Below, one piece after another: positions 26,870 through 42,269 of a stretch of 64,000 nucleotides of DNA (positions are counted from its first letter, which is position 1; each line of letters begins with the position of its first letter). The DNA lies in contig OX597815.1 in the NCBI GenBank assembly GCA_951406725.2, forward strand, positions 14,508,001 to 14,572,000, written 5' to 3'. A model generated the notes under the pieces. It was not told the origin of the DNA and did no database searches. It worked only from the letters and a program-made list of their open reading frames with translations. The position numbers and the translations under genes were made by a program. The stretch is from Octopus vulgaris. Its lineage: Eukaryota.

Positions 26870-28490
26870 TGTTTCATATTCTTCATTATTGAACACACTC
26901 AAATCAGGTATGTAACATAAATTTCATACTTTTCAATATTATTGTGCACATCATATATGCAACATAAATTTCGTATTTTTCAATATTGTTCCACACACAC
27001 AAATCGTGTAAACAACATAAATTTCATATTCTTCAATATCATTGCACACACTCAAATCTTTATGCAACATAAATTTCGTATCTTTCAATATCATTGAACA
27101 CGCTCAAATCATGCATATAACTTGTATTTTGTATTTTTCAACATCATTACACACACTCAAATCATGCAGCATAAATTTCACATTTTTCATTGCACACGCC
27201 CAAATTATGTATGCAACATAAATTTCATATTCTTTTATATCATTGCACACACTCAAATCAGGTATGCAACATAAATTTCATATTTTTCAATATCGTTGCA
27301 CACGTTCTAACCATGTATGCAACATAAATTTATATATTTCAATATCGTTGCACACACTCAAATCATGCATATAATTTTGTATTTCATATTTTTCAATATC
27401 ACTTGTATTTCATATTTTTCATTGCACACGCTCAAATCAGATATGCAACATAAATTTCATATTCTTTTATATCATTGTACACGTTCGAATCAGGGGTATG
27501 CTACACAAATTTCATATATTTCAATATCGTTTCCATCACTCAGATCATGCATATAACTTATATCTTGTATTTTTCAATGTCATTGCACACACTCAAATCA
27601 GGTATGCAGCATAAATTTCATATTTTTCAATATCATTGCACACAGTCAAATCATGCATATAACTTGTATTTCGTATTTTTTAATATCATTGAACACACTC
27701 AAATTATGTGTGCAGCATAAATTTCATATTTTTCATTGCACACACTCAAATCAGGTATGCAACATAAATTTCGTATATTTTATATCATTGCACACGCTCA
27801 AATCATGTATATAACTTGTATTTCGTATTTTTCAATATCATTACACACACTCAAATCAGGTACGCAGCATAAATTTCATATTTTTCAATGTCATTGCACA
27901 CACTCAAATCAGGTATGCAGCATAAATTTCATATTTTTCAATATCATTGCACACAGTCAAATCATGTATATAACTTGTATTTCGTATTTTTCAATATCAT
28001 TACACACACTCAAATCAGGGGTATGCAACATAAGTTTCATATTTCTCAATATCATTGCACATATTCAAATCATGTAAGCCAAATAAATTTCATATTTTTC
28101 ATTGCACACGCTCAAATCAGGTATGCAACATAAATTTCCTATTTTTTATATCATTGCACACAGTCAAATCATGTATATAACTTGTATTTCGTATATTTTA
28201 ATATCAGTTCACAAGCTCAAGTCAGGTATGCAACGTAAGTTTCATATTTCTCAATATTACTGCACACATTCAAATCATGTAAGCCAAATAAATTTCATAT
28301 TTCTCAATATCATCGCACACACTCAAATCATGGGTACAACATAAATTTCGTAATTCTTAAATATCATTGTACACGCTCAAATCATGTAACTTGAATTTCA
28401 TATTTTTCAATATTCTTGCACTCACTCTAACCATGAACGTAACTTTACTTTCCTATTTTTCAAAATCGTTGTAGAGACTCAAATAATATT
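26870..28490. repeat. 53-bp minisatellite of about 30 units with alternating variants
   Basis: Unit AATATCATTGCACACACTCAAATCAGGTATGCAACATAAATTTCATATTTTTC, a variant ..AATCATGTATATAACTTGTATTTCG.. and a 47-bp truncated form. Confidence 0.92.
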
Positions 28491-29000
28491 AAGTAGGTAT
28501 AGTTAACACGTGTTCCATCTTCAGACCGTTGCTACACATCCCTGAGCTACCATGTATGTGGCGCAAATTCCATCCGTCTCTGTAGATGTTATTGTTCAAT
28601 CCTTCACTAAATATGCGATACAGATTCTATCTTTGTATATGTTATTACAAAGTTATGCACCACAATGTAAATGTCACAAATTCAACTCTCTACAATTTCA
28701 ATGACACAGACTCCTACTTCACTGTTCCTTCGTCTACAGATTCTTACAAACAACTAAATATTATTGACGAGATATAACAAGTAAATTCATATTCCAATTC
28801 GAAATTCAAGTCTTGCCAATACCTCTTCACCAGTTCTTTGTAACTTTTCTTTTACACTCTTTATATTTTATGCTTCGCGTTTCTTTCTTTCTTTTTTTTT
28901 CTTCACCAAGTCTTTGAGCGACTTCCTGATATTCTAACTACTTGAGGCAAAACTGACTTGGAAATCTAAAACAAAGAAAAAAAAAGCATTTCTTTACAAC

Positions 29001-29031
<31 letters not shown>

Positions 29032-29249
29032 ACTACATACATGCATGCATATATTGTTATAGAATCCGAGTGACTGTGTGTGTGTGGGGGGGTATCACTG
29101 TATGTACGCAGAAGTGTCTGTGCTTCCATGTGTGTGTGCGTGTGTGCATGCGTAGGTAAGTTATCGCAACCCCCACCTTATACTGTCGATGTATAAAACA
29201 TAAACACTCGGTAAGCTGTGTTTGTGAATTGCGTCATAATATATATACG

Positions 29250-29283
<34 letters not shown>

Positions 29284-29379
29284 TTGTCATATTGTTATAT
29301 ACATGGATACCTAGACATATTCATACACATATAATCATATCTATACACAAAAGAGAGTGTGTGCGCATATATATATATA

Positions 29380-29425
<46 letters not shown>

Positions 29426-30058
29426 GCATATATACATATATACATTTATATATATATATATATATATTTTGTGTGTGTGTGTGTGTGTGGATATATATAG
29501 GTAATTTGTTGAATTTGTCTGCATGTGTGTGTATATATATATATATACACACACAAACACACACATACATACTTACATACATATACACATATAGTCATAC
29601 ATACATACATACATATACATATACATACATACATACATACATACATACATACATACATACCTATGTGTATTGAATGTCCTTGACCGCTAGTACGAAACCA
29701 AATAGACTTTACAAATATCGCATCAACGTTCAATACGTATATATTCCGCATCATTACATTTTATGGTTCTGAAATAGACAATAAAATGCTAATTAAGTCA
29801 GTTTATATAGAACTTGGTGTTCTCAAGATCCCTTGATGGCTCATAAAGTATTATTTACACTACGCGTGTAAACAATGCTGGAATCTCTGAATGTCTTAGA
29901 TAAGGTGCTTTATATTTATATAATATACTATAAAATACTAATTAACACTGTTTAATTAATCTTAGTTGTCATTTTTGTTATGATGATTAATTTGTGGAAA
30001 TCACTTCCGTTTTTACCGGAGTTGAAAAGGGTTCAATACGTACATATTCGACATCATG

Positions 30059-30113
<55 letters not shown>

Positions 30114-30116
<3 letters not shown>

Positions 30117-30318
30117 AGAGTTTACGAAAAGAACAAAAGACGAAGACAGGTGGTGTACAAAACAAACAGATGTATTAGTATAACGCTCAGGAATAGAAAA
30201 AGTCTTTTATGTTTCGAGCCTACGCTCTTCTACAGAAAGGGGACACAGGAAAAAAACAAGGAGAGAAAAAAAAGGACAGAAAAAAATGTGTGTAGTGGCT
30301 AACGATCTATCATGGTGA

Positions 30319-30320
<2 letters not shown>
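30114..30320 (-). mobile_element. Hammerhead mini-element family H1 in (TA)n
   Basis: Flanked on both sides by pure (TA)n; motif at 30204-30239 reads CTTT-CTGTAGA-A-GAGC..GCTC-GAAA-CA-TA-AAAG. Confidence 0.75.
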
Positions 30321-30378
<58 letters not shown>

Positions 30379-30500
30379 GTTGTATACTGTCAACTCAACG
30401 TGACAGTCCCGTAAGGGAATTACAACACCGCCATTTAGCCCTAGGAAACATCCACGTTTCTGTGTCCTTATATTTGCAAAGGGGAGGCAATCACCCCCGC

Positions 30501-30786
30501 CACCGTGACCGACCAGGCTATCAGATGTTGCTACACATCGCTGGTCACAATGCGCTTGCATTTTTTAGCCTTCAAATGATGCCACCCTGCTGGCTAAGCG
30601 AGCAGGCCAACAGAAGAAAGAGTGAGAGAAAGTTGTGGCGAAAGAATACGGCAGGGATCGCCTAACACCCCCTGCCAGAACGTTGTGGAGCTTTAGGTGT
30701 TTTCACTCAATAAACACTCACAACGCCCGGTCTGGGAATCGAAACCGCGAGTCCGCTGTCCTAACCACTGGGCCATTGCGCCTCCA
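30501..30786 (-). mobile_element. SINE family 2, tail type ii
   Basis: Same head and CACAACTTTCTCTCACTCTT core as 15651, with a different 3' part. Confidence 0.8.
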
Positions 30787-31020
30787 CTATATATATATAT
30801 ATATATATTGTACATCACACCCGAGCCGTTATAATTAATTTGTTTATCCGTATAAATGCCAATATATATATATATACACGCTCTACTATCAAACAGTGCG
30901 AATGAGTGCTCAACGTGTGGTAGGTTTGAAAATTGTAAAGAAATCCCTCTTTACAAGAGGTAGCCTAGTTAACCATAAATAAAGTGTGTGTGTGTGTATG
31001 AAAGAGAGAGAGAGAGAGAG

Positions 31021-31070
<50 letters not shown>

Positions 31071-31178
31071 GTGTGTTTGTGTGTGCATGTTATGTGTGTG
31101 AACGCATGTGTACATATAGTATATATTTGTGTATATATATGTTGGGTGTATGCATATATAGTTGTGTGTATACATATG

Positions 31179-31212
<34 letters not shown>

Positions 31213-33368
31213 TGTATGTATATGTATGTATGTATGTATGTATACATGTATTTATGTGTGTATGTGTGTATGTATATATGTATGTATGTATGTATGTAGT
31301 GTGTGTGCCTACTACATTTTGTATTGGGAAAAAGATTTTAAGAGAAATAGTGATGGAGTCTCCGTAATGTATTAAGTTATAAAGCTGTAGGCGAAAGCAG
31401 AATGAAAGATATGTAAAGATAGAAATTATTATTAAGTATACGTTTAAAGAAATCTGCTTGAGTTGGAAGTAAAAGTAGAAGCACAAGAAATTGAATAATG
31501 CTGCAATTTAAGACGATTGTAACAGTATGTATCGTTAAAAGTAGTGGCTTCCTCTATAACTTAACTTGATGAAGGGGAAGTCGCTCAGTGGGGCATCTTT
31601 ACCAGCTATTAGATGGTAAAGATGCCCCAACATCTGTTATCGTTTAAATAATGGAGCAAATTAGAAGAAATAGTTTCTAAGAAAGTAAAACATACAGTAA
31701 TTTATTGTATAGAAGGAAATGTTTAAGATTAGTGGGAATATCGGCCGATTTTGAGAGGGTATAAAAGTTGCAGACGTTATTTGGTATTATGACGTGATTG
31801 CATGCATTCGAGCAAATAATTGAAATTGTACGTGAAACAGTTGAGGAAGTGAGTGAGGTGAAGTAATGGCTGTCATATATATATGTTAAGGGAACTTCTC
31901 GGAGAAATATTACTTTTTAATAAGCCGTTTATTAGAAAAAGAAAGCAGAATTCAAATCTAACTGAATTTGACAACTGTCATAAATATATTTGTGGTTACA
32001 AAGTGTCTCCAACTTCAGCAGGGAAAAAGAATAGTAGGCATGACTATCCCCAGTCGAGTTTCGATGTAGAGGATTCCCTGCTCTGTCAATGTGAAGAATG
32101 CTTACAGCTACTGGAATATGAGGAAGAAATAAGGCAGCAGTGTGCATGATGTAAGAAGCAGCAGAGCCTCTCGCTGCTTATGGAGTAAGGGAGAGGAGAA
32201 AATTTAGAATTCAAGAGATAATGAACAGATATTTAGCCACCACTGCCGACACCATCAACGGGAGTGTGTGATAGTTCAGGGTCGAAACATCCAATGCTAG
32301 TTGAATACCGTCAGATGACATCAGTTCCTCCTGGTCAAAGCTACAATCACCAAAGATCAATGAAAGAGGAGCACCTTCTTTTAGATGTAATCAATATCAT
32401 AAAGGGAGCAGTAACTCAAAGAATTATATACTATATAAGATCAAAGGATCTCTGTGACTATTATATTACAAATAATGGCATAAGTTAGTCGTTATATTTT
32501 CATATATGACAAAATTATTGCGACAAAGAAAACATTGATTAAATTTTAAGAATCAAAAACAAAATAATGTCGAGAGAGTCAGCCATTGGATATGACTGGA
32601 AAGGGATGACGAAACCTTGTTAAGAGATGATGTGTGAGTGAGAAGCAGGTACCTGTTTGCCTATAAGTCCACAATTTGCATGGTCGTGATGATCCTGAAA
32701 AAGAACTTAAGAGTAAATACTAGTCAGTGAAACCAGTAAGTGGAGTCTCGCGTCATTGGGTCGGAGGGAGCGATGCACTGTAATGCCGTCAAGAGGAAGA
32801 CCCAAAATGGCACGCAATCTCTCCCGGTGACCCCTGATACCTACTGGTGTTCGATATGCCGAATTTTCGATTGACTGCATTGCACAGTCAAGCTGTTTGT
32901 AAATGTTCGATGAGATCTGTTGAAAGGCATCATTGAAATGAATGGGTATTGTGACAGTTATGACTAGTATTAGCAGAAATATTATTATCAATAAGCTTTT
33001 TAGGTCTTTCATAACAAACACAGTATTTGAAGAGTTATGTTTAAGATGTTAAAGTCTATAATTAGTACGCTGTAATTTTTCCATTGACCACTGATAGTGA
33101 AGATACAATTTGTTACTTTTAAATAAATCGATGTAGATTATTTCAAAAACCTACATATAATTGTGTAAAAGTTCAGAATTCAGACGATGAACATTTTAGT
33201 ATTGTTTTCGTTTTCTGAAATAGCCCAAAGGCTATTTGTCTCTTTTGGTTCCTCAATTTCTTGGAAATTCCGCTATGATAGTTCTATTCCTCAACATGAA
33301 GACGATGTGGAAAGATTACTACGAAAATAAGTACAGACACAAATAACACACACATACACACAGGTGAA

Positions 33369-33408
<40 letters not shown>

Positions 33409-33417
33409 GGATATATA

Positions 33418-33463
<46 letters not shown>

Positions 33464-33465
<2 letters not shown>

Positions 33466-33666
33466 TTAATCCAAACATGAAAACACAAAGAGAAAACACA
33501 ACAACGCGAGGACGTGGAACAAATATAGCATTATTGGACGCTCAGGAAGGAAGGGAAGAAGGACGGTTTTACGTTTCGAGCGGAGCTCTTCGTCAGAAAC
33601 ATAGGAAAAGGAAAGATCCAGAGAAGGCAAGACGGAGGGAAAAAATCGCCAACGGTACACACGCGG
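33464..33666 (-). mobile_element. Hammerhead mini-element family H2 in (TA)n
   Basis: About 200 bp between TA arrays; shares the hammerhead and the downstream TTCCTGAGCGT motif with H1. Confidence 0.75.
33566..33600 (-). ncRNA. Minimal type-I hammerhead ribozyme
   Basis: GTTT-CTGACGA-A-GAGC(TCC)GCTC-GAAA-CG-TA-AAAC: canonical core boxes, stems I and II paired, palindromic ACGT stem III. Confidence 0.8.
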
Positions 33667-33747
33667 TATATTATATAAATTATATATTATATATATACAT
33701 ATTATTTATTATATGTATATATACATTATATATATATATATATATGC

Positions 33748-33782
<35 letters not shown>

Positions 33783-33784
<2 letters not shown>

Positions 33785-34050
33785 CCTAAGAGACCTTGCT
33801 GCATGCAATCATGCTTTATGCATAGCACTTACGGAAACACACCTGAAACCAGATATAGCAAATGCAGAAATACACATACCACAGTATATTGTATTACAGA
33901 CCGATAGAAAAGAAAGGAGTCATGGTGGAGTTGCTATGTACATCCAGCTCAGGTCCTTTTCTCTCACTCAAATTCTGTATGTAAGACACCAATGTCTCAA
34001 TGTAGTTACATGTGCTACATATCACGCCCCCCAGATGCTCCAAATCATGC
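33783..34050 (+). pseudogene. LINE APE-endonuclease N-terminal fragment
   Basis: CIALTETHLKPDI..I.IPQY.VLQTDRKERSHGGVAMYI matches APE domain motifs. Confidence 0.8.
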
Positions 34051-34054
34051 AGAC

Positions 34055-34125
<71 letters not shown>

Positions 34126-34216
34126 CGTTAACAGGCCGGGAAAACTGGAGAACATTTCGTCTGTCTTTACGTTCTGAGTTCAAATTCGGCTGAGGTCGAA
34201 TCTTCCTATCATTTTA

Positions 34217-34411
34217 TAGGTGCAGGAGTGGCTGTGTGGTAAATAGCTTGCTTACCAACCACATGGTTCCGGGTTCAGTCCCACTGCGTGGCACCTGTGG
34301 GAAAGTGTCTTCTACTATAACTTCGGGTTGACCAAAGCCTTGTGAGTGGATTTGGTAGGCGAAAACAGAAAAAAGCCTGTCGTATATATATACATATATA
34401 TATGTGTGTGT

Positions 34412-34456
<45 letters not shown>

Positions 34457-34682
34457 CGTGTGTGTGTGCATGTGTTTGTGTCTGTGTTTGTCCCCCACCA
34501 TCTCTTGACAACCGATGCTGGTGTGTTTACGTCCCCGTAACCTAACGGTTCGGTAAAAGTGGCCGATAGAATAAGTACCAGGCTTACAAAGAAGAAGTCT
34601 TCGGGTCGATTTGTTCGACTAAAGGCGGTGCTCCAGCATGGTCGCAGTCAAATGACTGAAACAAGTAAAGGAATGAAAGAAT
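34217..34682 (+). mobile_element. tRNA-derived SINE family 3 with an internal TA/TG microsatellite
   Basis: Head GGAGTGGCTGTGTGGT..GGGTTCAGTCCC; tail GCAGTCAAATGACTGAAACAAGTAAA; further copies at 43920 and 51097. Confidence 0.85.
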
Positions 34683-34719
34683 AAAAAAATATATAATATA
34701 TATATATTATATATTATAA

Positions 34720-35382
<663 letters not shown>

Positions 35383-35651
35383 TATATATTTATATATATA
35401 CACTCGCGCGTAAATACATATATACACATGCACGAGTGTTCATTCAGTAGCCATGATGAATTCGAGGCGAATAATGGGAATTACTAAAAAGATAAGTTAA
35501 ATTTTATTTTTATTTTTCCTATTTTTTATACTTTATTTCGTTCGTTTTTAGTTAAGATATATTATTTCGATGATTTCTAAATGTATAATTTTAATCTTAA
35601 TTATCATGTCTCTATATAGGTTGCAAATAGTAAAACAGTTTTATATAATCC

Positions 35652-35756
35652 AGACCTGAAGATTGGCAGTATAGTTGGATCGATATAGTATTGAATTTAG
35701 AGATCTTCTATTTTAACAATATCGATAGATATATTGCCATGAAACGCGCGTAGTCT
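35652..35756 (+). ncRNA. Hammerhead ribozyme motif with extended stem II
   Basis: AGAC-CTGAAGA-T-[TGGCAGTATA..TATATTGCCA]-T-GAAA-CGCGCG-TA-GTCT. Confidence 0.65.
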
Positions 35757-35886
35757 ATCTAATGTATATGAATCAGATTAGTAATTGCAGGTATTAAGTT
35801 GATAGTATTTCATCTTATATATCTCTATCGTAGATAATGTCGTTCAATGTTGATTGAGTTGCTTGAAGGTGGGTCTGTCTCTTAAA

Positions 35887-35945
<59 letters not shown>

Positions 35946-36003
35946 TTATGTATATGTATGTATATATACACTCGCGTATGTACATATATGTGTATACACG
36001 CGA

Positions 36004-36055
<52 letters not shown>

Positions 36056-36414
36056 GTATGTATGTATGTATGTATTTATTTATTTATGTATATATATGTA
36101 TATACACTCGCGTGTGTACAGTCTGCTGTTTTAGATAAGTAGATTATCTTGTATAGATAAAATGTATTGTTAAAAGTTTAAAAATAAATAACGAATAACA
36201 ATGGTAAAAGAAAAAATTTGAAGTAATTAATTTGCAGGAGATCAATTGAAATACGGTCACTGTAATGTAATCGGCAAATGGTTGTCCAGCAACAAATAGA
36301 CATCTTGTACACATCCCATCAGTGGACGTGCTTCTTTCTCAATTGTCTTTCAAATTGCTTCTAATAATATCTAATAGCATTCTAAAGATATATATATATT
36401 TATATTTATATTTG

Positions 36415-36474
<60 letters not shown>

Positions 36475-36859
36475 CTGTGTGTGTTTGCAATATACTATGT
36501 ATAATTTGTATATTTATAAATGTGTGTGTTTGTGTGCGTACATGTGAGAGTGTTTATTTGTGTGTGTTTAAGTGTGTTTAAGTATATGCTTCGCGAATGT
36601 TTCACTTCTATATTTTTCTTATCTGGAGGGCATGTGTTTGCATGAGCACTTGTGTGTGCATGAGTGTGTGCGTATGTGCGTATGTGGTGTGAGTCTATGT
36701 GTGTGTGTGAGTGAGTGTGTGCGTGCGTGCGTGTGTGTGTGTGTGCTGAGAGAGTATCTATGAGTAAATAAATGTGTTTAGTAAAAAAGCTAGAAATGGA
36801 ATGAAAAATTAAGCCAAAAAAAAAAAATCAACATAAAACCGAAAAGAAAATAGAATTGG

Positions 36860-36964
36860 AAAAGAGAAAGAAAGAAAGAAAGAGAGAGAGAGAAAGAAAG
36901 AAAGAAAGAGAGAGAGAAAGAAAGAAAGAAAGAGAGAAAGAAAGCGAAAAAGAACGATGGAAAG

Positions 36965-37035
<71 letters not shown>

Positions 37036-37064
37036 AGGAAAGAAAGAAAGAGAAAAAGAACGAT

Positions 37065-37131
<67 letters not shown>

Positions 37132-37157
37132 AAAAGAAAGAAAGAAAGAAAGAAATA

Positions 37158-37204
<47 letters not shown>

Positions 37205-37275
37205 CAAGAAAGAAAGAAAGAGAAAAAGAACGATAGATAGAAAGAAAGAAAGCAAGAAAGAAAGAAAGAAAGAAA
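36860..37275. repeat. (GAAA)n microsatellite with recurring AAAAAGAACGAT interruptions
   Basis: Direct reading. Confidence 0.95.
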
Positions 37276-37892
37276 ATAGAAGAATGTGGAACAGAATGAA
37301 TAAGGTAATAAAGCAAAAAAACGCTAGAAGAACAATGGGGAATGAAATATGGTGCAAGTGGGGAGGCTGGGGAGGGATTGATGAGCAAGATGGAGAGGTG
37401 AGGGAAGGGAAGAGAGAAACGAAAGAGAAGGGGAGAGAGAGAGAGGCTGTCAAAAAAACCTTGCCAACTGATGAAGCTTTAAACTCTGTTGCTTCATCAG
37501 AGTCTCCAGAGAAGAAATTCTTTTTTTAAACTTCCATTATTCAGATTTTGTTTTTTGCTGGGTTTTCTTGTTTTCCTTTTTTCTTTTGGTTGCTTTTTTT
37601 TCTTTTCCCGAGTTAAAAATGGATTTATTTGCGCTTCTTTATCTTTTAATTTTCCTTCATCTTTTTTTTTTTTTTTTTTTTTTTTGACTTTATCGATTTC
37701 TCCATCTAAAACAGGGTATCCTTAGTCTTTGATGATTTACGGCTTTGGATAGTTTTTTCTTTCTTTTTTTTTACTTTTTTCTTTCTTTACCGGGTGGCAT
37801 AAGTAACTCATCTCAATTTATTTCTACTCTCTTTCACTCTCTTCCGTTTACACGCACACATATATACATGCATACATATACACACACATATA

Positions 37893-38645
37893 CGTATGTA
37901 TGTATGTATGTATGTATGTATGTATGTATGTATGTATGTATGTATGTGTGTGTGTGTATGTGTGTATGTATGCATGTATGTATATATGTATGTGTATGTA
38001 TGTATTTAAATATTTATGTATGTATGTGTATGTATGTATGTATGTATGTTTGTGTGTGTGTATGTATGTATGTATGTGTGTGTGTATGTATGTATGTATA
38101 TATGTGCATATATGTATGTGTGCGTATGTATGTATGTATATATATATGTATGTATGTATGTATGTTTATTTGTATGTATGTGTATGTATGTGTATGTATG
38201 TATGTATGTGTGTATGTATGTATGTATGTTTGTATGTATGTATGTATGTATGCATGTATGTATGTATATATGAATGAATGTATGTATGTATGTATGTATG
38301 TATGCATGTATGTATATGTATGTATGTATGTATGCATGTATATATGTATGTATGCATGTATATATGTATGTGTGCTTATGTATGTGTGCTTATGTATGTA
38401 TGCATGTATGTATGTATGAATGTATGTATGTATGTATGCATGTAGATATGTATGTATGCATGTAGATATGTATGTATGTGTGCGTATGTATGTATATATG
38501 CATGTATGTATGTATGAATGTATTTATGTATGTGTATGTATGTATGTATGCATGTATGTATGTATGTATGCGTATGAATGTATATATATATGCATCTATG
38601 TATGCATGTAGGTATGTATGTATGTATGTATGCATGTATGTATGT
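37893..38645. repeat. Degenerate (TATG)n array
   Basis: Direct reading. Confidence 0.95.
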
Positions 38646-39849
38646 AAAAGTATATGTATTTATTTAAAAGGAATATTGACCCATACACTTAAAGACTTCG
38701 TGCGATGGAACATCACAGACTGCACTCATCAGCTGTTGAAACGTAATAACGAATACTAACTGGAAGTGTTTATTGGCGATCGGTGCCTTCAGCCGTTCGC
38801 ATACTCTGTGATGTAACCTGTCATTCCTCGTGTATCGGGAGAATTTACCTTAAAGTTTGTCAAGAGAAACTTATAAATATTTTGGCAGGTTGAAACTGAA
38901 GTGGAGTAACGTTTGATCTGGATTTCTCTGTAAGACGGAATCGGGAGATTCTACTCATTTATTCGCTTGTGGTTGGTCCAGAATTTCCGATGTGATAATT
39001 CTGTAATAACCACCTCGTGGTTATTACTATAATCACATGTCACCTTTCATGTGACATATCTACTTCCAAATATCGATTTATCATAGGATTGACGTAATAA
39101 ACTGAGTCCTATGAAGCTTATCAAGGTTTTATACGCGGCAACATTTGTTCAATATGTAGTCTTTAAATTATTTATTTATTGCTTTTGATCTGATCACAAA
39201 ACTTTTGTATTGTGATTTCTGATAACGCTGGACGTGGCCATCATAAAACTGAAAGCTCATCTTCACGTTATTCTTTTTGTACATCAGGTAAAATTTATGG
39301 CTACTCGAAAATACTTGTTGACGATAGGGGTTTACTACTACACTGGTTTTAACATCAGCACTCTGTTCTCGGTTACAACGTATTTCATCTTTTAACACAT
39401 TCGACCATAAGGTTGTTAAATGCACAAAATGTTAGGGCGTTCTAGTACTTCTACTTTACGTAAATACATATAAATAGGACTTTACACTCTTCCCACTGAA
39501 GAGAACATTGAGTACTTTAATCATTTTGTAAACTACATACATAACTTCTCGAGCCTGCAGTGATAATAAATTCTTATCCACAAACAGATACATTTCGGGT
39601 GATATTACTTAATATCGATAACGGTAATGGTCATAGTATGACTAACAATAATATTAATAAAGTTAAGTAGAAAAGAAGGGAATAAAGTGTAATTACCCCC
39701 CCCCCCACAAAGATAGGAATTATGTAAGGTTATATGTGTGATAGTAATAGAAATCACATTAGAGGCCTCTACAGCATTAGAGGTAATTCTAGTAAAGATG
39801 TTGATAATTTACGCATCGTACAAGCCAATAAGCCTAATCAGAAAAACTT

Positions 39850-41175
<1,326 letters not shown>

Positions 41176-41319
41176 AATGATTAAACTACCCAGTTTAATT
41201 ATATTTTGGTTTAATCTTAAAATAGTTCTATATTTATGTGATGAGGAATTATGTAATTCATTTACATTATTTACATTATTTACATTCGACGAATATTTGT
41301 CCTCATCTTGTTTGTTGTT

Positions 41320-41361
41320 AACACGTTTCGGCTGATATACCTTCCAGCCTTCTTCAGGTGT
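41320..41361 (-). ncRNA. PLE hammerhead motif, damaged at the cleavage site
   Basis: ACAC-CTGAAGA-A-GGCTG..CAGCC-GAAA-CG-TGTT; a few nucleotides appear to be missing around the UH site. Confidence 0.6.
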
Positions 41362-41548
41362 CTTGGGGATTTTTCGATGTTATTATTATTAGTAGTAGTC
41401 GTAGTAGTAGTAGTAGTGTTGCTGTTGTTCAGATCACTGCCTGGAATCGAACTCAAAATCTTGGGGTTGGTAGCCCGTGCTCTTAACCCGTACGCCGTGG
41501 AGTAAATTTTAAGAGGGAATTATGGAGTGAATTTTAGGACTTATAAAT

Positions 41549-41881
41549 CTAATATTTTCTATCCTTCCTTAATACCGGTCCCCATGTGCTGTTCATATCT
41601 GCACTCGGTCTGCGTAGGAGGTTGTTGTGTCCTAGCATATGTGCTGCTTCTTTTAGTTTTCGTATTTTCCAGTGGTGTTCTCTGTCTATTATTTTAACTT
41701 CATCTCACATGGGGAGGTGGTCTCCATTTTTTTTTATACATGATCAGCTACACCCGATTTATCAATATCTCCTCGTGTCACAGCTTTGCCGATGTTCGTC
41801 TACCCTTATTTTGAGGAGGCGGCATGTTTCGCCTTTCTATAACCTACCATAGCTGCATGGGATGGAGTACACACAGTCTTT
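41549..41881 (-). pseudogene. Penelope GIY-YIG endonuclease remnant
   Basis: DCVYSIPCSYGRL*KGETCRLLKIRVDEH..KSGVADH..RKLKEA..MNSTWGPVL; contains stops and frameshifts. Confidence 0.85.
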
Positions 41882-42269
41882 GTGTTAACAAACAAACAAG
41901 ATGAGGACAAATATCCGTCGAATGTAAATAATGTAAATAATGTAATCTTAAAATTTTGTGTTAATAATTCATATCCCTCGATCCCTCGATATGTTCTTTC
42001 TTCCCTACTCGAGCCATGAAAATACTTGTATCTCACGCTTTTAACAAATCCGATCTGTCCTGTGTCCTCGATATAACTAAAAAACCTAATTTATAATCAT
42101 AATTTAAATACTATGTGACCATATATACTGAATATTCTATTTAGTTTTTAACATTTATTTTGTGTTCTAGTATAAGTGTCTGTTACTATACACAGTTATT
42201 TATTATTCATTCCTTACAGAGACGTAAACAATATATCGAGTAAATTACGAGTTATCTCATAAAGGAAGT

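Larger units (their letters stand above)
41225..41945 (-). mobile_element. 5'-truncated Penelope-like element with an inverted terminal segment
   Basis: GIY-YIG remnant, tRNA-like unit and hammerhead; 41881-41945 is the inverse of 41260-41323. Confidence 0.82.

Noticed and set aside
26870-28490. CRISPR-like repeat/spacer appearance
   Set aside because: The variable halves are a few recurring related variants rather than unique spacers, the context is eukaryotic, and no cas genes are present.
31883-32488. ORFs resembling a LINE ORF1 or a host exon
   Set aside because: They are broken by stops and have no diagnostic motif.
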